From Balanoglossus misakiensis (Eukaryota; Animalia; Hemichordata): a stretch of DNA of 64,000 nucleotides. The notes under the pieces were generated by a model, which did no database searches, had not been told where the DNA came from, and saw only the letters and a list, made by a program, of their open reading frames with translations. Positions 26,814-39,000 of this stretch are shown here, piece after piece; the first letter of the stretch is position 1; each line of letters starts with the position of its first letter. The stretch spans positions 5,254,303-5,318,302 of the forward strand of contig CM082582.2 in NCBI GenBank assembly GCA_040954595.2. Reading direction: 5' to 3'. The translations under genes were made by a program, and so were the position numbers.

Positions 26814-27407
26814 GGCTGGCATCGTCGTTGCTCAAACAAATATCGCCCTCTATGATAATATGGGCAATATTCCAGGTGTATACGTCACCGAGTATAACAA
26901 GTTTCCATGTTGCTAGATTAGTAATCTCCCAACCGCTTAATACCCGTGACCACATATTAAAGTCTGTCAATCTACCAAGGAATGCTTGACGTGGGTCGTA
27001 ACCACCACCGACACTGTCTTGATCCTGTCCCAAGACTAAGTGCCCTCCCCCAGTAAATCTCAGACCACTCGCCAGATCGCCGCCGCCTTCAAAGAGGCCA
27101 CCATTGTTGTACACTTCCCACCTGCCCCCGCTCGACGACCACGCGGCGCACACGTGATGCCATTTACCGTCGTTGACAGACAGCCGCGTCTGAACCTTTC
27201 TCGACTTGATCCAAAGTCGCAAACTCGCCACACCATCGATAAACAATTCATTATGCGAAGCGGGCACTGCGTAGGAAAGGGGTGTCCCTCCTCGGTGGAC
27301 GGCTTTGGCTTTTACCCAGATACACGCTGTAAATGCGTACAGATTGGGAACGTTTATTGGTACAACTACAGAGGCATCGGTGTTCTTCAGTTCCAGGGTT
27401 TTCCGAT
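26814..27407 (-). CDS. Pentraxin-domain exon (open frame)
   Basis: 594-nt phase-1 exon: FTACIWVK..LSYAVPASHNELF..WHHVCAAW..LGQDQDSVGGGY..FLGRLTDFNMW. It may belong to a pseudogene. Confidence 0.75.
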
Positions 27408-27861
27408 CTAAAACGACATAGAATGAAAATGGGTAAAATAAAGAAAGTAAAAATATGTTTTGTTTTTATCTTCACCTGGACAAAATGACATCTCTCTACG
27501 ATTTTCCACCAACTCATTATGCCAAAATGACATTGGATAGGTCGCGAAGAAAACAAAATGATTGGTCAACAGTACGACTAAACGTTAACGGTGAAATCTT
27601 ATAATTTCAAAAAGATTTATGTAAAAAAAACCCACATCACGTTACATGACAATACACCCTTTTCATAAGTCTAGCGCCCTAACACAGCCATTGTGAATTT
27701 GAACTCAAACCGAGGCCAAAGAGGAAATCCCCATGATGTGATTGGTCAACTTTCCCAATTGGCCTCGCTTTGAGTTTAAATTCATAATGGCTGTGTTAGT
27801 GCGCTAGAATTATGAAAAACGGTGCATACTGCAATGAGGATGAGCAACATAGACAACCTAC

Positions 27862-28464
27862 CCAGGAAGTGGGCGTTCGTCGCGGAAACATCACCATGCA
27901 TGACAAGGGATGAGGTATACCACGTGTAAAGGTCACCTCTAATGAGGCAATCGCCAGCAACTTCAGAAACCTCGCCGGCGCTCAACGCTCGGCGCCACAT
28001 GTTTAATTCTGTCAGACTGCCGAGAAAGGCGTGTGCACGGTGGTATCCTCCGCTTACGTCATCCACTAACTGTCCTAAAACCACTGTGCCCCCACCGGCG
28101 AGCAGGCCTCCACGGTTCAAACCGGCACCGCTGTTGAAGAAGTCGCCGTTGTGGTAGATCTTCCAGGCCCCGCCACACGTTGACCACGTCAGACACACGT
28201 GGTGCCACGCCCCGTCGTTCACCGCCAACGCCGTTTTGCCGGGGTCATTTTTGACTCTCAAACGCAGCCCTCTTGTGTCATACAGTGCAAATTCTGCAGT
28301 GTGGTGGTGGACCGACCAGGAAACCAGCGCTCCTGGTTGACTCGAATATTTTGTCTTCACCCAGATGCACGCGCACACGGTCAGTGCAGACAGATCAGGT
28401 AAGGGTAGTCGGCGCTTCAACACGACTTCAGTGTTCGCGCTCTTCAACTCAATCTCTTTCTGAT
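27862..28464 (-). CDS. Pentraxin-domain exon (open frame, divergent Ca-binding loop)
   Basis: 603-nt phase-1 exon: LTVCACIWVKT..WHHVCLTW..LGQLVDDVSGGY..FLGSLTELNMW. It may belong to a pseudogene. Confidence 0.75.
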
Positions 28465-29184
28465 CTATACATAGGATGACGCAAAGAAATCCTGTGACTC
28501 TCTTAGTACTGACAAAATATCCCGAGGCCTTCTCTTAATCTCAAGAACATGTCTTTTCCCAGTTGTGAACACACTGGATAATTTTTAAAACCTCCGAATA
28601 AATCCGAGAAATTCATCTCGAAACAATGAAATCGTCTCATCATTTCATCAATTCCATTGCATAACATGAATAAATCATCAATTAGGAGTCATTAGACACA
28701 CGTGGACAACAAACGACGACGGAACAGTTGACCCAGGTTTGCAAATACACATTTCCCCTTTCTCATTTGTATATAGCAACTCTACACCGCCACCCCGATT
28801 TCCCCTCCTATACAGTGGCAGTTAATTAGAGATGTTGTTGTCAATCTTTGCATCCCTGGACACCATACTCCCCGGGATCTGGACATGCAGGGACACACTG
28901 AGCTATCTGTCTTCAAACAAGTATACTACTGTATTAACGTAGCAGCATATTTCATCAAATTCGCCAGAAACAAGCTAACAAGTACAACAAATCACCAACG
29001 ACTGACGCCCCTCTGTCATCCTTACACTGCCCTAAATCAATTTGGAGTTTTAAGTATACATAATTTGCGTCAAAGATCTTGAAATAGATGATTTGTTATG
29101 TATCTTAATTTTAAGAGCCAGGTTTGTGTAAATGGCCAATTTGTAATGTGGATGCTACTGGTGACATTAAATATGCATACTTAC

Positions 29185-29782
29185 AGCATAAATACCAGAT
29201 ATATCCTCGTTGAACATCACCTTGTACGACAATGGCGGACGTTCCCCAATTGTATATGTTACCGCCAATAAAGCAGTCCCCTCGTACTTTAGCAATGTAA
29301 ACATCATCGAGTTCAGTCGACCACATGTTAAATTCTGCTAACTTGCCGATAAAAGCTTGGTAAGGTTCGAAGCCGCCGCCAAGGCTATCTTGGTCCTGTC
29401 CCAGAATTAAGACCCCTCCACCAGCTACAACCAGGTTGCGATTGAAACCCTCGCCACCTTGATAGAAAGCGCCGTTGCGATAAAGCGCCCACCTGCCGCC
29501 GCTGGAAGACCACGTGATACACACGTGCCGCCACAAACCGTCGTCCAGCGCCAAATTTGTTACCACTTGTTCACCCTTGCTCCATAACCTCAATCTCCTC
29601 GTGTCGGTCACTGTAAACTCATTTTGGTGGCCAGCCGTGGCGTAGGACGCTATTGTTCCCATCCTGTATACCCGGTTCCGTAGTCTTGATCCATACGCAA
29701 ACAGACAGGGAGGCTAGGGTCGGTACTGAGGATACCAGCGTGACGTTGGTATTCGTGGTCTCCGGGGTCAGTATTTCTCCGT
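29185..29782 (-). pseudogene. Pentraxin-domain exon with a +1 frameshift
   Basis: AG/GT-bounded 598-nt exon. LSVCVWIKT (TGG at 29693) and MGTIASYAT..WRHVCITW..GQDQDSLGGGF (ATG at 29662) are 31 nt apart, so they lie in different frames. Confidence 0.8.
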
Positions 29783-30803
29783 CTGTTAGAAAAAACACCC
29801 TGTCATTTAGTTGGGATCGAGGATTTGGGAGTTAGCCCTGGGACGAGGCTACCTCGTGGCATAGTGCCCAGACCGACAGCGGACTTTTACCCCCCCCTTC
29901 CCAATGGTTAAAAAGAGTTGTTAAAGAGTTTTAAAAAGGGCATTCAGTTTCCTTGTATGTTTTACCCTCCTTTATCTGTATTTCCTATTTTGTAAATATT
30001 ATAAATGTAATATCTATAACTGACTATTGATAACTTAAAGGTGGAAGTCAGTAAGCTCAGATGCACAGTATATTTAGAAAGAATAAACTCGAGGATATTT
30101 AACTGGACCAATATATGGAATTCTTCACACATACTGACCAATGATAGGAGTACTCCTCGTAACGTCACCATACAGAAGAGGAACTGTAGCGCACAGTACC
30201 ATCCAACAAAGAGCAAACATAGTATATTTGCCGGCAAACTGTTTTCTGGCCATCGCCTTTGCTTGACACGCGTTTCAGTTGCCCCCAAAATAAGTAGTGT
30301 CGATGTGATCTTCCCTTTAGTAGACTTTATATTGAGGTAAACTGTAAAAACGTCCAACGTAATGTCGACATCGTTTAAAACTTGTTGACGTAACAAAGGC
30401 ACTCCTGTTTTCATTTTATTGTATGAAGTAAATTAAGGATAAATTACGACACAAAAGACAGCTTTATTTAAAACAACGCAACCATTGTTTCAGGTCGTTA
30501 AATGTGAAATGTATACAAAATACACAATAAGACGCGACCCTTGTAAAAGAGGTGTCGCGGATAATGAATCATTGCTGATGTACTGCAGATTATGTAGCGT
30601 CGTAAAGCGGGCAAAATAAAGATGGTATTTTCTACAGGTGATATGCAAATGAGATAAAATAGTCTCTGTTCATTGTGTATTACAGGTTCAACTCACTGCT
30701 CACCACAATCTAAAGTATATTGCAATGTTAAAAATGTACTAAATTTGATATATCATGTTTGTCGTAATATTTTTTAAAATACTGAAACAATATTTTTAAA
30801 AAC

Positions 30804-30834
<31 letters not shown>

Positions 30835-32234
30835 TCTACATAAAGGTAAATGTAGGCTGGATCGTAACTCAATTCACGGTAACCGAGGTTTAGCGACTCG
30901 CCGCTGCCTATTCACCAACAATTTCCGTTTGCAGTAGTGTCCATGTTTCCTCTACTTATCTCAGTTGGACTCGTTTCGCTGCAGGTGTGTTTACATGAAG
31001 GCCAAAGTTCAGAGCTTTTTAAATACTGATTTTGGTACTTATTGTCATTATTTTGGTTATGTTCCGGGCTTGTTATTTTGATTGCGGATCTCAGTTTGAA
31101 CCCGGTTTACGACTTTAATTTTTGGGATCCTTTTGCTAATTTTGGCCCCGTTTGGATCGGTCTTGCACAGTTTGGCACTGTCGAAACTCTTAAGACACCA
31201 TGTCGTTTAAACATGTCACGCCATAAGAAATCAATAGCCGCGACATTCATAGTATTTTTCAAGTGGAGTCATCGACATTCTTTACCTCTGACGCATATCA
31301 TCTGATACCGAGCCCAGAGTCCAGGTACGCGACACAAGTGTTTGGCTTTTAACTCTTTTATTTTCCGTCTATTGTACGTTCACTTAAAACGTGCTCATTA
31401 CATCGCAATTTTTGGCAATGACTGCATGTAGGTCTCTCGTCGTTATCATTAATCATATTCATAAACCTGCGTCAGAGGTGATGCAGGAATGATATTTCGA
31501 TGTTTGAAATAATCTTTACTTTTCGCATTTACATTAAGTGATGTACATCTTTATATATTTGTTTCTATGTGATTTATTTCTTAACTGGCTTTTTAGCCCG
31601 ACATGCAACGATAACGTTCTCTACCAAGAAAAAAATCTGATTTAAAGTCTTAAATCACTATTTGAAGACAAATCTGAGACAAACAGAATATCGCTATCAA
31701 TCTATTGATATGTGGCGATTTCCCCACGTTAGTTGCTCTCTAAGAATATTTTGAGACACATTGACCTTGGCGTGGTTATTGACATTTTGGTCAGGTACAA
31801 GCTAAAATAGCACATCCGTGTACAATATTGGTATTTTTTTGGAAAAGAAAACATATTTCTAACACCACATCAGTTCAAGCTACATGATTGCCGTATTATA
31901 TTTTAGAAACACAGGCACACATTACCAAAAATAATAACATAGAAATCGCCAGCCCATAACGATATAATATGAGTAAATAACATCCCCAATAAAACTAAAA
32001 CGTGATGAATGGATTAGATAACGGTCACGTGATAAGTTTGGGGCAGCATGTCATTAGTTTGTTTCATTACTTCATTCCATTATCTATGTTAATGTATCTT
32101 TCTGTCCAGTATATACACACGCAAACTGACAATTTTCATATGCTGTCCTAGGTATAAGATAAGTATACTAAGACTAGTTATAATACATGTATATACAGAG
32201 TATCTAGCAACCCCTTGCCAAGTCAGTCAACAGT

Positions 32235-33091
32235 TTATTGGAACGTAATCAGATAGTCTGGATATGCCATGGCATCGTTAAAGACAACGAAGATTCCTGG
32301 GTTTGCTAAATCATCGACAACGCTGTCAAAGCGCACCGTTGTATTGCCGATATCCTTCGCAGGTGGTATGACGAGCCCCTTGCTACCTTTCGTATACTCT
32401 CCCGTTAAGACTCGACACTGATAAATGAACCTGTTTCCGTTGCTGTCTGCCGGTGAGAACGTCGGGTTGAGTGATATCTCCGAATTAGCCGCGAAGTATG
32501 ACCCATTGCCATATAGTGCAGCTGAAATAAATTGTAGATGATGTTGTCATATACATCTTGTATTTTGGAGTTTCTGGTAACTGGCGTTTCATCACGTTGC
32601 GCCATTGTAACTTGTCTGAACATTTCTGTTAGTTGATTAAGAATGGCAGGATTCAGGATGTATTGTGTGGAGAGTTTGGTAAACAGTTGTTTCTTTGCTA
32701 AAAATTGTCCAGAATATGATTCTTTGGTTTACTAACCACTTTATGGGCATGACGACCACCTAATATTGCACGACACTCAGAAAATATAAAGCAAAATTAA
32801 GAATCGACCGAGACATTGGACGAAAATGAGTTCTCGTCTGAACAACCGATAATACAGCAAGACGCGTGTAATTTGTGTATTGTGAATTCTAAATGACAAC
32901 TGATTCTACCCACCATTCTCCCCGGCATATGCTCTGTTGAATCCGTGCGCATTGATCATTTCACAGCTATCCCCTTTCGTACCGTGATACAGTATGCTTT
33001 CGTTCACATGGTGCTTCTTATTCTTGGCATCCATGTTACGCTTCTGCACGACATACTGCCGGTAAAGCTGTGGGTTCTGAACTCGCTGTAT
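32235..33091 (-). CDS. PARP14: PARP catalytic (ART) domain exons of the PARP14-like gene
   Basis: Exons 33091-32914 and 32521-32235 translate to LYHGT...YGNGSYFA...PGIFVVFNDAMAYPDYLITFQ*, an H-Y-I triad typical of mono-ARTs. Confidence 0.93.
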
Positions 33092-36000
33092 CTAATTTGG
33101 ATTAAAATACACGCTGGTTATGTTACTCTAACCCGTTGTGTGTGTCACACACAAATTATGATTAAAGCACACACGGAAAGCATTGCGTTTAATCAGATAA
33201 AGCCAGTAAAAACTTCCAGTCAGGGCAATATTAAAGAACGGCAAGAAGTTACATGATTGTAAAATTGTAAAACTTATTATATTATCAAAATAAACTTTAC
33301 CTTTGTAATCCCATTTATAGGAGCATCATTTGCGGTTGCAGTAAACTGCGTAGCCACTTTTTCATATTCTTTCGTCTGAAATGTCAATGTTACCAATCTC
33401 AGCTCATTTCCCTCCATATGATCCCAATTTGGTGCTAGTGGTATAGCATCTGATAAAATAACATAATAACCTATAAGTATCGTTTTAGTGGAACCTTTAC
33501 AACATTTTTATGTCACTATTTTACATTATGTAAACGTGAAAAATATATAATTCTCCACGGATCCTAGCACAAATACTTTTTAAATTGTCAATGTTGAATT
33601 ATTTCCCTTCGATTTTACCGTCTGTAACCTCGCGAGATACAGGGATTTTTGGTTGGGCGCTGTCCAGGGCACTCTCCTCCATGTCTTGGAAGTTGATGCG
33701 GAACCGTTCGCCGTCAATTTCAAAGTCGACATATGGTTTGTCGTTCCTGTGGGCCAGCTCGATTTCTGCTGAGGTATCTTCATCATACGCCTGGAATTGT
33801 TCTTCGAAGTAGTACAGCCAACGAACATTCTTCGATAACAGGCGAGCCTCACGTCTTCTTCCCTCTGCAGCGTTGATGCTGTCCAGAATATTCGTTATGT
33901 ACTTCTGCATATGCAAAACGCCCAACACTCGTCCGCTTATTTTTAGCTGATCTCGACCACCGATTTCAATTCTTTCTACCATTGCCTATAAACAAAAATA
34001 TTGCTAACATGAGCTGACACCAAGAATGGCACTATTTGCACAATGAAGCACCCGCATTGACGAGGATACCACGAGACTTTGACCTACTCAAGACATTACA
34101 TAGGAGAGGCAGCGACCGACATGTGTTGTGGCTTCAACAGGTTCAGATAAGGTGCTATACTGTCCCTAATATTGTATTCTGCTCCTCTATTATAGCATGT
34201 GTATTGACCACTGTGTTATGAAAGGAATAGTGCAAACACATATTAAGACGACAAAGAAAATATCGGAATTTTTTTTGCCACATATTTTACCTTTCAGTAC
34301 ACATTGTTGAAACGAGCTAACATGCTTTCTGTGTCTATTTTCTTTATAAGACCATGAAATTGTTTTTATAAATTTGGAAAGAAAAACTAATGCGATCATC
34401 ATACGCTACCTGACATTTGTCCTAAACTTACCTGTTTTTTCTTAGCCTCTTCCTCTATCTCAGTCATCTGTGCATCCGATAGCATTTCAACCGAGTCCTT
34501 ATCTATAGCCTAAATGACAATAATTTATTAGAAATAAAAAAATATAGTTATTCTCAAAGTGGGAGGCTTTTACAGATGGAACACAATGCTAAAAGTGCAA
34601 ATCTAAACACTTACTTCAACTGTGTAATTTTCATCCACGTAGCCTTCGATTGACTTCTCGGCTTTTTCGATGTCCTCTTCACTAGTTGAATATATATTCA
34701 ATATAATGGTGCATATTCCATGATCATCATGTGCCTTTTTGACTTTACGCAAGCCGCGAAGAAATCCTTCAGGTGGAAAATAAACTAGATTTTCATAAAT
34801 TTGAAGTACAGAGCTAACAGAAATGTTATAAAATGTGGGAGAACCTTGCCTTATAATACGATGTTGTTGAACATCTACAGAATTAGCCGCCATGGCAATT
34901 CATATTGACAAATATTTTTTTAAAGTCTCAAAAATCTCTATTTGTCTATGTCACATTAAAACATACCAAACGAAGGCAATGTCCACCCTGACTTCGTTTC
35001 TTTTGGCTCGTCTTCTTTATTCGTCTTAAAACCCTCCATGACTGTATGAAATACGTCGGCGATATCCCTTTGAAGTATTACAATCCGGATAAGTCTCAGT
35101 GTCTTTGGATTTTCCTTCCGTTGGAATGTGTCGATTGCATGGAATATCGACTTTGCCATGTCGTGTGGGTTTTGTTCTCTGGCGCCTGTGAGAAAGATAC
35201 AACAATGTAACAACGTGTACGATATCGTTATTGTGACAAAAAGGACAGATCTTATAAATCCACCCCTCCCTAATGTTATAGTTGAACCCGAGTCAAGTGT
35301 TGGGACTATGTACTTGTCCTCTGTGTATTAAAAGAAACCATCAAGTTTTTTTTATGTGCGTGAGATTTCATATTTATACGTCAATGCTATTATAACAATC
35401 CGATATCGTTTCATACGTTTTGAGATAGTGTTTTGCTGTTAGACAAAGACCAATGCTTACCTGTGCCAATTGCCGGTAGAGAAATAGATTTAAAATAACA
35501 CGATTCAGCTGTTTTGAGGATCTCTGTGATACTGCTATCCACGTTGTCAAAATCGGTAATCAAGTGCAAAATGGCCTTACAATTCAAGGTTCCAGATGTA
35601 GTCATTACAACATCGCCATACGATGGTCGATTTGATGAGACTACAAAATGACCAAATAATAATAATAATTACACCAAGAATTATATAATGATAGGTTGGT
35701 TTTCAACGGAAATTTCACTCCAAAAGCATTTTCGGTAGCGACGATTAATTTTGGAGGTTTGGAATTCACATTTAAATTGACCTTTTCTCCCAAGACAGGT
35801 GAACTGTGCCTCCACACACATCCGACAACTAAAATTCTAGTCTGGAGAATCCGTTTTCGCATTTCACCACAACTAAGAGGATTGTTACGCATTCCTCCAG
35901 ACATTCGGTTGTTTTTCAAACAATAAGTGCATGCTAACATTGAATCATCTGAAGATCAGTGGTACTTGTATATTTAAACGAAAGGAAATAATCAGGTATT

Positions 36001-39000
36001 ATTAGACTCACATGCAAATGCACTGTTTTGAACTTGAACATGAAATATACTTAGTACATTTAGCACATTCATTTTCTGCACTTCATTAATAAATTCACTT
36101 AAGACTTACCTATATTCTTACATTCTTTTAAAATGCCATCCCCACCAGCTCTTAAAATTGCTTTAGAAACACCACCTAATTATAATTAATAAAATAATTG
36201 GGCAAGTACATGCAAGATACAAAAATAAAATAACGGATCAAGGTTTAAATATGAGCTAACTTTACATAGATGAATGATTTCAACAGTGGTGGCTAAACAA
36301 ATTGTAGAATTGTTTATTACCTGCTTCTAGGTCTAAGTCTTCATCTGCACAATTGATAATTGCATCAGTCGTTTCTTTTGTAATATCGCCCTTGACGACC
36401 TGTACACAAATTCTGCCTATCATCAGTTGTTCATCTTTACCACTCCGTCTAACATCTGAAATTCAAAATAAACGAATCATTAGATTATCGTTCATTTGAA
36501 GGAAAAACATTATACCACAAGACAAATAATTACAATTTTCAGCATCTAGTTTGCAAGGCACAAACAAAGTGAACATTTTTAGCTTTCACAAGTGTACTTT
36601 CTACATGTATAATTCCGCCTTTCTTGTGTTGGCGTGATCTGATAAAATATCACAGTGTCACGATTTACTTCTTTTAAACTGTATAGATAAAAAAAAATCA
36701 TAAGACGAAATATGGAGAAATTTACCGGTCTTTGGTGATTTACTGGTTGCCTGAATCGTAGCTTGCTGGTTACTCCGATGTCCATGTCTCGCTTTTCCTG
36801 CACCGACCGGTAAAGTGGTCTTCAACATTCTTACGTGTCTTTCAAATTCCTTAAAATTAAATAAATACACAGAGCTGTAATAATCGACAAGGACACACAC
36901 ACACATCTTTATTTATTACACCTCTCGTGTTATGTCCTTCTCGTGATTGGCGGAGACGCATTCACGTGATATGGAAAAAAATGATATACATGGTTGGAGA
37001 GACTCTTGCCCTGCGGCTCGGGCATCATCAACATTATGGTCAGAGATCACCATCCCTCGTGCAGGCTTTAAATCGTGATGTTGCCCTCGCTATCATGTGT
37101 TATTATTTTAATATTAAACAATGTGTTGTTACGCTCTGGACTTGCACCATCGGGTATTCTTCCAGCAGTACTTGCAGCAAACTCCGGGCCGTACCGTGAC
37201 ATGAAGACATAGATGAAGACAACGATGTTATTTACATGTGAATTTTATTCCGATATCTAAATCATCGCATGTCGTAATTTACTTACCGTAACTGTATTCC
37301 TATCATAAACAACAATTCGCACATCTCTTAAGGTTCGGTTGGGATTCTTTTGTTGCCGGAAGAAGGAGAGTATTTCGTCATACATTATCTTGGCTGCCTC
37401 TTTTCCCGGAAACTGAAGATTGCCAGTACCGATAGCTGGGAATGCCATGGACCGCTGTTTGTTCTTTTCGGCCTTTGCTAAACACCGTTTGGTTATTCTT
37501 CTTAGACACTGAAGTTATTAAAGCAAAAAAGCAATGGTTACTACATTCATGTGTACGACACAATGTACCGTAGTCCTGTGAATATATAATCAACTTTTGG
37601 AAATATTGGAGTACACGCATTTGGTTAATACGTAAACAATGGGGAAAAAACCAAGAAAACACTCTGCATGGCACATATACTGGTGTATCTAATGTTGATA
37701 AGGAACATTTGCCTTCAGTAATGAACGGTCATTGACAGGCCAGACGTATTGCAAATATGTATATAGCACAAAGGCAATGTGGACATGAAGATGAATTCTA
37801 CCTGTGAGATCATACATACATAAGTTACGTTAAGCAGAGTGGCATGAGCAGCAAAATTGCAATTATTTTCTGTACATCCTCGTTTGTTTATTAAAGCGAA
37901 TTATTGCTCAAGCTGAAGTCAAATGAGATCGTCCAAAGTGACAAATATGTAATCGTATCAATGTTAACCACTTTTGAGAACTTATATGTCTCCAGCAGTA
38001 CGATACTTCTCAGACGCGTATTCGATATTGGACAAGGTATACCTGTTCACCATCCTCTCGCCAAGTGGCACATACAGTATGGAAGACGTAAGAACATTTC
38101 AATCCAGCACCGGATGTCTTTGTCACCATCCCTGGTTTGATATCCATCCTCTTCTTCATCTTAGCAGTCAACTCTCTCTGCAGTTGGTCGCCTGCTTCTG
38201 TGAGTAAGGCTTTTGATGCGCCTGCGCTGTTGAGGTTGTAGTCTTTCCCGATGGAGTTCACTATGACGTCAACCTGTTTTAATGATAAACAAAATGTACA
38301 TTCTGTGTTAATTATGACCCAGAACACTGGCGGATGGTATATTTCAAACACTTTCCAGGCTCGCAAAGAAGATTGTCAATGTACACGTATACCTGCTGCT
38401 TAGCGATATTTCCTTGGACCAATGAGATGTTCCCTTCTGACGTTGTGATAGTATTTGAGCGGGCACCTGGGAAACGTGAGGGCCCAGGAACACTAATGTA
38501 ACCTAGTGAATAAATGGAGTATACAATATTACAAACCAAATATTGGGCTGTGGTCCACAGGGCTTATTTTCTTCAGTTTACAGGAGGGCAAAATGATTCC
38601 AAATGCTGCGAAAGATGGTCTGTAGTAGGTGAACTATAGACACCGAACATCACTATATGAAACTCCCACCATTAAACTCTATAAACAACGTACTTTTCAA
38701 GCGTCCATTATATGAGATGTCATTACTGTTCGCTTCAAGTTTCTTACCGGGTTCTGGTTGCACGATTTCTATCTCTTTATGTTGTCCGAACTGTTCGACA
38801 CAGCAGTCGAGCATTCTGGAGCAGGTGTCCGGATCGTCGTCAGCCACTATAATTTTCTTCAGGCTTTCGGTCGTGTTCATCTTGCAATAGTGGGAGACGG
38901 CGGAAAGGATGCCCTCTATGCAAATATTCATCGGGAATCCTTGCCCTCTGTATCCAATCAGGGAAAAAACAATAGAAGTACAGCTTCTTCTTTCCGCTTC

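Noticed and set aside
32440-32500. Tyr-to-Phe change at the nicotinamide-stacking position of the ART domain (SEISLNPTFS) as evidence of an inactive PARP
   Set aside because: The substitution is conservative, and HGT, the triad Tyr, the Ser and the Ile are retained.
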